Part shown: piece by piece, positions 49,736 to 55,570 of the stretch
Layout of the letters: each line of letters opens with the position of its first letter
How positions within the stretch are numbered: the stretch's first letter is position 1
NCBI GenBank assembly: GCA_021162885.1
Contig: JAGGXV010000022.1
Span: forward strand, 1 to 55,570
Length of the DNA: 55,570 nucleotides
Direction of reading: 5' to 3'
Origin: a bacterium
GTDB taxonomy: Bacteria > Patescibacteriota > Minisyncoccia > Minisyncoccales > CG1-02-41-26
Notes under the pieces: generated by a model
What the model saw: only the letters and a program-made list of their open reading frames with translations
What the model was told of the DNA's origin: nothing
The model's database searches: none
Translations under genes and position numbers: made by a program

Positions 49736-51205
49736 TTAATAAATATTTCTAAATTCAATAATCACCTTCTTAATTTCTTCTTTTACTGGCTTTATCCAGC
49801 CAAACTTCTTAAGATCTAATTTAACTTCTTTATGGATATCGTCTAAAAATCTGTAAAACTTAGTTTCAATCTCTCTTACTTTTTCTGGGTTTATATCATC
49901 AAAAAAGCCATTTAAAATGGCGAAATAAATTATACTTTGGTCAAGCGAATCCACCAATTTGTGTTTTTCTTGCTTAAAAATTTCCAACAAAATTTCAGCT
50001 CTTTTATAAGCTCTCTGGGCAGCTTTAGAAACTTCAGTTTCGAGTTGAACTAACTTCTTCAATTCTTTGTGTTGAGATAAAAGCAGTTTTAATCCTCCCG
50101 TTACTTCTCTTAGATATTTTCTCTGAGCAAAAGCACCAATTCTAGAAACTGAAAGCCCGATATTCACTGCTGGAATCTGAGCTTTTTGGAAAAGATCAGT
50201 TTCCAAGTAAATTTGGCCATCGGTAATCGAAATTAGGTTGGTAGGGATATATTCGGTAATATCTCCTTCTTTAGTTTCACAAATTGGCAAAGCAGTAATT
50301 GAACTCCCGCCTTTATCATCGGAAAGTTTTCCTGCTCTTTCTAGTAATCTTGCATGCAAATAAAAAATGTCACCGGGGTAGGCTTCTCGGCCCGGAGGTA
50401 TCTCCAGAAGAAGGCAAATTTGGCGCCACACTTTAGCATGTTTAGTTAAATCATCAAAAACAACCAAAACATCTTTTCCTTGGTCTCGGAAAAACTCAGC
50501 CAAAGTCATTGCCGAAAAAGGTGCTAAATACTGTAAAACAGGGGGGTCAGAACTAAAAGCGCTTACTATCACCAACTGCTTTTTTACTCCAAATTTTCTA
50601 AAAATATTATCGAGTTGTAAAACCTCTGATTTTCTTTGCCCTATACTACAATAAATTGAGATTACATCTTTTTGATTCAAAATCGCATCAACAACCAGGG
50701 AGGTTTTTCCGGTCTTCCTATCACCTAAAATCAGTTCTCTTTGCCCTCGACCGATTGGAAATAAAGCATCAATAACTTTTATTCCTGTTTCTAATGCTTC
50801 TCTTACTAGTCCTCTTTCTATAATTTGGGGAGGCAGTTTTTCTATTTCGCTCGTTTCTTTTACCTTTAACTCTTTACCAGTTTCGATATCTCTCCCTAAA
50901 GGGTCTATTACTCTGCTTAAAAATTTCTCCCCTACTGGGATTTTTAAAAGTTCGCCGGTGCGTTCCACTTTATCACCAGTTTTTATATTTTTTGGTGATT
51001 CTAAACATAACCCATAAGCGAAATCTTGATAAAAAAGGGTGGTAGTAAATTCGCGGGTGAATTTAAAGATAATCGCTTTTTCTTTGCCAACCAGAACAAC
51101 CTCTCCTGATTTTACTCCCGGCAGTCCTTCAATTTTAATCACTGGAGGAGAGATTTCTACTACTTGTCCTATTTCTTTTAAGGAAACATTCTTTAATCTT
51201 TTCAT
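49736..51205 (-). CDS. atpA: F1 ATP synthase alpha subunit
   Basis: 489 aa with GDRKTGKTSL (Walker A) and ETKEGDITEYIPTNLISITDGQIYLE. Confidence 0.95.
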   Translation of the reverse strand: MKRLKNVSLKEIGQVVEISPPVIKIEGLPGVKSGEVVLVGKEKAIIFKFTREFTTTLFYQDFAYGLCLESPKNIKTGDKVERTGELLKIPVGEKFLSRVIDPLGRDIETGKELKVKETSEIEKLPPQIIERGLVREALETGIKVIDALFPIGRGQRELILGDRKTGKTSLVVDAILNQKDVISIYCSIGQRKSEVLQLDNIFRKFGVKKQLVIVSAFSSDPPVLQYLAPFSAMTLAEFFRDQGKDVLVVFDDLTKHAKVWRQICLLLEIPPGREAYPGDIFYLHARLLERAGKLSDDKGGSSITALPICETKEGDITEYIPTNLISITDGQIYLETDLFQKAQIPAVNIGLSVSRIGAFAQRKYLREVTGGLKLLLSQHKELKKLVQLETEVSKAAQRAYKRAEILLEIFKQEKHKLVDSLDQSIIYFAILNGFFDDINPEKVREIETKFYRFLDDIHKEVKLDLKKFGWIKPVKEEIKKVIIEFRNIY

Positions 51206-51936
51206 ATTTGAGAGAGGGTTTGGTCAATTTTTCTCTCTAAACTTCCATCAATTAAAAATCCATTGATGGAAATTCTAATCCCAGCTAAAATACTAGGGTC
51301 AACTTTTTTTTGGAAATGGGGATTTTTTAACTTTGAAAAAAGAAAATTAGAAATTTCTTTCTCTTCTCTTTCCGACAAGGGAAAAGCCGAAATTACCACT
51401 ACCGAAACCACATCTCTTTCTTTGATTTCTTTAAAATCTAATTTTTTCAATTCTTCTACCACTTCTTTTAAATATCTTTGATGAAGAGCTTTTGTCAAAA
51501 AGAGCGAAAGCACTCTCTTTAAAACCTCTTTAGTTTTCTTTTGAATTATTTCCTTTTCTTTTGCTCTCATTTTCTCAACTTCAACTTCTGCTTTTTCTCT
51601 TGCCTCTTTCAAAATCTCTCTTACTTCTTCTTCAGCTCTCTGGATGATTCTTTCTCTTTCTTCTTTAGAAATTTCTTCACCTTCTTCTAAAATTTGTTTT
51701 GTTTTCTGTTTAGCCTTTTGGATTATTTCTTCTTCTTTCTTGCCAATCTCTTCTTTTTTTCTCTGAATCTCTTTTTCTCCCTCTTCAATCTCTCTCGACT
51801 TCTTTGCTCTTTTCTCTAATTTTTTTAGAATTGGTTTATACAAAAAAAATTTCAGCAACCATAAAAGAACCAAAAAATTAATAATTTGAGCAATCAAAAG
51901 CTTAAAGTCAATGCCTAATTTTCCTAAAAACTCCAT
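51202..51936 (-). CDS. atpF: Fo subunit b fused to a C-terminal delta (OSCP)-like segment
   Basis: 244 aa. It has an N-terminal TM segment and a long K/E coiled coil (b-like). The C-terminal ~90 aa end in VDPSILAGIRISINGFLIDGSLERKI, the typical delta C-terminal motif. No separate atpH is present. Confidence 0.75.
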   Translation of the reverse strand: MEFLGKLGIDFKLLIAQIINFLVLLWLLKFFLYKPILKKLEKRAKKSREIEEGEKEIQRKKEEIGKKEEEIIQKAKQKTKQILEEGEEISKEERERIIQRAEEEVREILKEAREKAEVEVEKMRAKEKEIIQKKTKEVLKRVLSLFLTKALHQRYLKEVVEELKKLDFKEIKERDVVSVVVISAFPLSEREEKEISNFLFSKLKNPHFQKKVDPSILAGIRISINGFLIDGSLERKIDQTLSQI

Positions 51937-51968
51937 AAAATTATTGCTCAGGTTAAAACCAAAGAGCT

Positions 51969-52178
51969 TTAACCAACAAACTTCAGGATCAAAGCTACCA
52001 CCAAAGCATAAATTGCAATAGCTTCAGCAAAAGCAATAGCCAAAATCGCTACGGTTTGGATGGCGGTTGTAGCTTGGGGGTTTCTGGCTATTCCCAAACA
52101 AGCAGCCATCCCTATCAAACCAACAGCAATTGCTGGTCCAATTGTGCCAATAGCCATAACAAAGGCGGAGGGATGCAT
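51969..52178 (-). CDS. atpE: Fo ATP synthase c subunit
   Basis: 69 aa, forming a two-helix hairpin. It has the loop GIARNPQ and the carboxylate AFAEAIAIY. Confidence 0.92.
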   Translation of the reverse strand: MHPSAFVMAIGTIGPAIAVGLIGMAACLGIARNPQATTAIQTVAILAIAFAEAIAIYALVVALILKFVG

Positions 52179-52255
52179 GTTATTAATAATTTTAATTATT
52201 AACTCTTAATTTTCAATTGATTGACGACCTTTTTAATTTAATTTTAGAGATTTTT

Positions 52256-52990
52256 TTAATATTCTATTTCAGCCGATTTGATAAAAACCAGCGAGAGAGC
52301 GGAAAATATAAAAGCCTGTAAGAATCCCACCAAGACTTCCAGAATCATAAAAGGTAGCGGGATAATGTAAGGCACTAAAAAAGCCATTACCAAAAGCAAA
52401 ACTTCGCCTGCTAAAATATTGCCAAAAAGTCGCAAAGAAAGTGATAAAATTTTAGTAAGGTCGCTTATCAATTCGAAAATTCCTACAATCAATTTCAAGG
52501 GATTAGTAAAATTAAAGAACCTTTTTAAATATCTTTTCAACCCTAACCTTTTAATTCCGAAATATTGAATAGAAACAACCGAAATTATTGCCAGAGCCAA
52601 GGTGGAGTTTAAGTCCGAATTAGTGCTTCTGAACAAAGCAATATCTTTTCCTCCTTCTTTAATAACAAAAGCTCCCAAAAAACCTGGAATTAATCCTAAA
52701 AGATTGGCGGTTAAAATAAAAATAAAAAAAGTGGCAATTAAAGAAAAAAGTTCTTTGGTTAGTTCTCTTGAGCGAGTGATACTATCAATAAATTTTAACA
52801 GAATTTCAGTTACTGTTTCAAAAATATTTTGTAAGCTTTTAGATTTTGGAACATCTTTAAGTTTTCTTGTGGTAAAAAAAGCAAAAATAACTAAGATAAC
52901 CATAGTCACCCAAGTAGTAACTAGGGTGTTGGAAATCATAAAATTACCTATTTTTAAGACATATTCAGGGTGAAAAGATATTTGGACCAT
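52256..52990 (-). CDS. atpB: Fo ATP synthase a subunit
   Basis: 244 aa and polytopic, with a conserved Arg region LSLRLFGNILAGE. Confidence 0.92.
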   Translation of the reverse strand: MVQISFHPEYVLKIGNFMISNTLVTTWVTMVILVIFAFFTTRKLKDVPKSKSLQNIFETVTEILLKFIDSITRSRELTKELFSLIATFFIFILTANLLGLIPGFLGAFVIKEGGKDIALFRSTNSDLNSTLALAIISVVSIQYFGIKRLGLKRYLKRFFNFTNPLKLIVGIFELISDLTKILSLSLRLFGNILAGEVLLLVMAFLVPYIIPLPFMILEVLVGFLQAFIFSALSLVFIKSAEIEY

Positions 52991-52996
52991 AGATTT

Positions 52997-53257
52997 TTAT
53001 TCTCTATGCTTTTTTAAAAAAGGCAGGATAAAATGGCGAATTTCAAAAAAGAGAAATAAAAAAGAAAAAATTAGTAATGACAAAAGGAATAGAGGAGAAC
53101 TTCTGAATTTTCTGTCCAAGAAAATTCCTAACAATAAAAATCCTGTCAAAGGAATAGCAATTGCAAATCCTAGTTGCAAAGCCAGAGAAATTGCATAGAT
53201 AAGTTTGGTTTTCTCATCTCTGACCCTTTTATTTATTTCGTTTTTATATTGTATCAT
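52997..53257 (-). CDS. small AtpI/AtpZ-like membrane protein preceding the atp operon
   Basis: 86 aa with two or three hydrophobic helices. The call rests on position only. Confidence 0.45.
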   Translation of the reverse strand: MIQYKNEINKRVRDEKTKLIYAISLALQLGFAIAIPLTGFLLLGIFLDRKFRSSPLFLLSLLIFSFLFLFFEIRHFILPFLKKHRE

Positions 53258-53277
53258 TTCAAGGAGTCTCTTTCAAT

Positions 53278-55570
53278 TTACTGTTGAGTTTGATGACGAG
53301 TAATAAAATAATATTTTGCTCCTTCAATCGCAGCCACATTTATCAACCCTAAAGTGATGAAAATTAACCAATCAAAAGTTCTTAAAGAGGTGGTTCCTAA
53401 TAAGGTTTGAAAAACTGGAATATACAACCCAGCTATCAGGGCTAAAAACCCAACTCCACAGCCCAAAAGTAAAAGTTTGTTATTGAAAGGATTAATATGC
53501 CAGATATTTTTTCTTAAGCTCCTGCAGGAAAAAATATAAAACAAAGAGTTACTTCCCAAACAAGCAAAAATCATTGTTCGGATATAAGTTAAATTCTCTC
53601 TACCAAACCTTCCCCAAAACCAAAAAAACAGTCCTAAAAGAATTAAGTCAGTAAAAATTCCGATAATAAAGATTATTGCTTTCATTTCTTTGGTAAGAAG
53701 AGGCACTTCAGGGTTAGAAGGTTTAAGTTTCATTAAATCTTTTTCTTTCGGTTCAAAAGCCAAAGCAATATTTGGCAAACCGTCTTCAATTAAATTAACC
53801 CATAAAATCTGAACGGCAGTCACTGGTAAAGGAATTTTAGCGATTATGCTCGCTCCCACCAAAATTACCTCGGTGAAACTATCAGAAAGTAAATAAGTAA
53901 TCACTTTTCTGATATTATCCAAAATTGCTCTCCCTTCTTCAACCCCCGCCACAATTGTTGAAAAATTGTCATCTAACAGGACTAAATCAGACACCTCTCG
54001 GGCAACTTCAGTCCCCGAACCCAAACTCACTCCAATATCAGCTTTTTTGAGAGCTGGGGCATCATTTATACCATCGCCAGTCATTGCCACCACTTGATTT
54101 TTTGCTTGCCAGGCTTCAATAATTCTCATTTTATGTTCAGGAATAACTCGAGCAAAAACATTAATTTTCTCCAACTTTTTTGCAAGTTCTTCATCAGAAA
54201 GCTTATCTAAATCTTTCCCTTCCATTATATTTTCTCTCCCTACCTCAAGTCCCAATTCTTTAGCCACTGCTTTGGCTGTTAAAAGATGGTCGCCAGTAAC
54301 GATAATGGGGCGTATACCAGCTTTTTTGCAAAGTCGGATTACTTCTTTCGCCTCTTTTCTTAAGGGGTCTTTTAAGCCAATAAATCCAACAAAGGTTATA
54401 TCGCGAACATTCACAAATTCATCACCAGTTTTCTCGAATATTTTATCATTTGAATCCTCAAAGATTTTCTTATACCCAACCGCAACCACCCTTAAACCTT
54501 GACTTGTTAAATCTTCCAGCTCTTTGTTTAGTTTTAAACGAGCTTTCTCTTCAATCGTTTTTTCGGTTTCTTTCTTTTTAATTTTCGTACTCAAGCTAAT
54601 AATTTTCTCGGGGGCGCCAGAGATAAAAAGGATTTTTTCTTTTTTTGCTTGATGCAAAGTAGCTATGAATTTATTTTGACTATCAAAAGGAATCTCATCA
54701 ATTTTTGGGAGTTCTTTTTCTAAATCATATTTATCAAAACCCGCTTCTTTCCCCGCCAAAATCAACGCCCGATCGGTTGGCCGGCCACGGATTTTCCAAT
54801 AGATTTCTGGGTCTTTCGGGTTCTCAACAAATGCTTCATTACATAAGGTTGCAATTTTTAGAGTTAGGTCTTTATCTTCGGTTAGAACTTTCTCCACCTT
54901 CATTTTTCCTTGAGTCAAAGTTAAAGTTTTGTCAGTAGCAATTACGGAAGTCGAACCTAATGTTTCAGCGGCCACTAATTTTCGCACCAAACCCTTTCTT
55001 TTTAAAATTCTTTGCATTCCTAAAGCTAAAATTACGGTCATGGCCACGGGCAATCCTTCGGGGATTGCCGCCACCGCCACCGCCACCGAAGTTGTAAACA
55101 TTTCAACAAACCTCCTTCCAGTTGCGATTCCTTCAATAAAAATAAAAAGACAAGCAAAAACAATAATCCCTCCGACAATTCTTGAAAAATGAGCTAACTT
55201 TTTTTGATATGGAGTTTTCTCTTCTTTTTGTTCTTTAACCAAAGAGGCAATTTTCCCAAGTTCGGTTTTCTGGCCTATTTCCGTAACAATTATCTTTCCT
55301 TCTCCATCCTCCACTATCCCTCCCATATAAACCATATTATCTCTATCTGCTAAGGGAGTTTCTTTTGGTAAAATTTTTGAGGTTTTTTCTGCTGGCAACC
55401 ACTCCCCAGTTAAAGTAGCTTCGTTGATTTTTAAATTAAAACTTTCAATAATTCTTCCATCGGCGGGCACTTTATCTCCAGCTTTCAAAATAACGATATC
55501 GCCAGGAACCAAATTCTCTCGGAAAACCCCTTTTAATTTCCCTTCTCTCTGGACAATGGTTCTGATTCTT
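53278..55570 (-). CDS. P-type cation-transporting ATPase (type II, Ca2+/Mg2+-like), N-terminus off the window
   Basis: Motifs are LVPGDIVILKAGDKVPADGR, TGEW (TGES-like), the phosphorylation site ATDKTLTLTQGKM, VTGDH and MTGDGINDAPALKKADIGV. The reading frame stays open upstream of the TTG at 55512 to the window edge. Confidence 0.9.
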   Translation of the reverse strand, partial: RIRTIVQREGKLKGVFRENLVPGDIVILKAGDKVPADGRIIESFNLKINEATLTGEWLPAEKTSKILPKETPLADRDNMVYMGGIVEDGEGKIIVTEIGQKTELGKIASLVKEQKEEKTPYQKKLAHFSRIVGGIIVFACLFIFIEGIATGRRFVEMFTTSVAVAVAAIPEGLPVAMTVILALGMQRILKRKGLVRKLVAAETLGSTSVIATDKTLTLTQGKMKVEKVLTEDKDLTLKIATLCNEAFVENPKDPEIYWKIRGRPTDRALILAGKEAGFDKYDLEKELPKIDEIPFDSQNKFIATLHQAKKEKILFISGAPEKIISLSTKIKKKETEKTIEEKARLKLNKELEDLTSQGLRVVAVGYKKIFEDSNDKIFEKTGDEFVNVRDITFVGFIGLKDPLRKEAKEVIRLCKKAGIRPIIVTGDHLLTAKAVAKELGLEVGRENIMEGKDLDKLSDEELAKKLEKINVFARVIPEHKMRIIEAWQAKNQVVAMTGDGINDAPALKKADIGVSLGSGTEVAREVSDLVLLDDNFSTIVAGVEEGRAILDNIRKVITYLLSDSFTEVILVGASIIAKIPLPVTAVQILWVNLIEDGLPNIALAFEPKEKDLMKLKPSNPEVPLLTKEMKAIIFIIGIFTDLILLGLFFWFWGRFGRENLTYIRTMIFACLGSNSLFYIFSCRSLRKNIWHINPFNNKLLLLGCGVGFLALIAGLYIPVFQTLLGTTSLRTFDWLIFITLGLINVAAIEGAKYYFITRHQTQQ

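Overview
This is a 55.6-kb, AT-rich window (roughly one third G+C by eye). It is very gene-dense, uses the standard code (TGA is a stop), and reads like a reduced Patescibacteria/CPR-type genome; the taxon is inference.

Most of the window is housekeeping:
- A long minus-strand cell-wall block: murC, tyrS, aspS, an S11 carboxypeptidase, mraY, murI, murD, ftsW, murG and gltX.
- dinB, ctpA-like, rplI, pyrG, rpmA, fmt, tRNA-Gln, dnaX, cysS, recR, rplU and rmuC.
- An intein-containing dnaB.
- A complete F1Fo ATP synthase operon, a CaCA antiporter and a P-type ATPase that runs off the window end.

I found no rRNA, no CRISPR array and no IS element.

Items worth a second look, best first:
1. A convergent accessory cluster at 23.4-28.3 kb: a cytidylyltransferase-like/deaminase fusion, a carbamoyltransferase, a Nudix hydrolase, a nucleotidyltransferase, an NMP-kinase-like P-loop protein and an HFCD flavoprotein. 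No pathway I know explains this combination.
2. An expanded AmmeMemoRadiSam locus (28.4-33.7 kb) with LigT, a PPP phosphoesterase and a PolX-lyase-like HhH protein.
3. A ~150-nt element of about two-thirds G+C that folds into a multi-helix structure directly upstream of rplU.
4. A three-gene micro-island (37.5-39.1 kb) with textbook promoters and terminators and its own GC-rich structured 3' segment.
5. A Mu Gam cassette bounded by 14-bp direct repeats inside the cell-wall cluster.
6. A translationally coupled pair of tyrosine recombinases. The second has degenerate catalytic residues and a nuclease-like C-terminal extension.
7. A family of AATTNNN heptamer repeats. It includes a ~65-bp palindromic AATTCGT cassette placed stop-to-start between genes, with copies embedded in Mur ligase and fmt coding sequence.

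All functional calls rest on motif recognition by eye. No database search was run.
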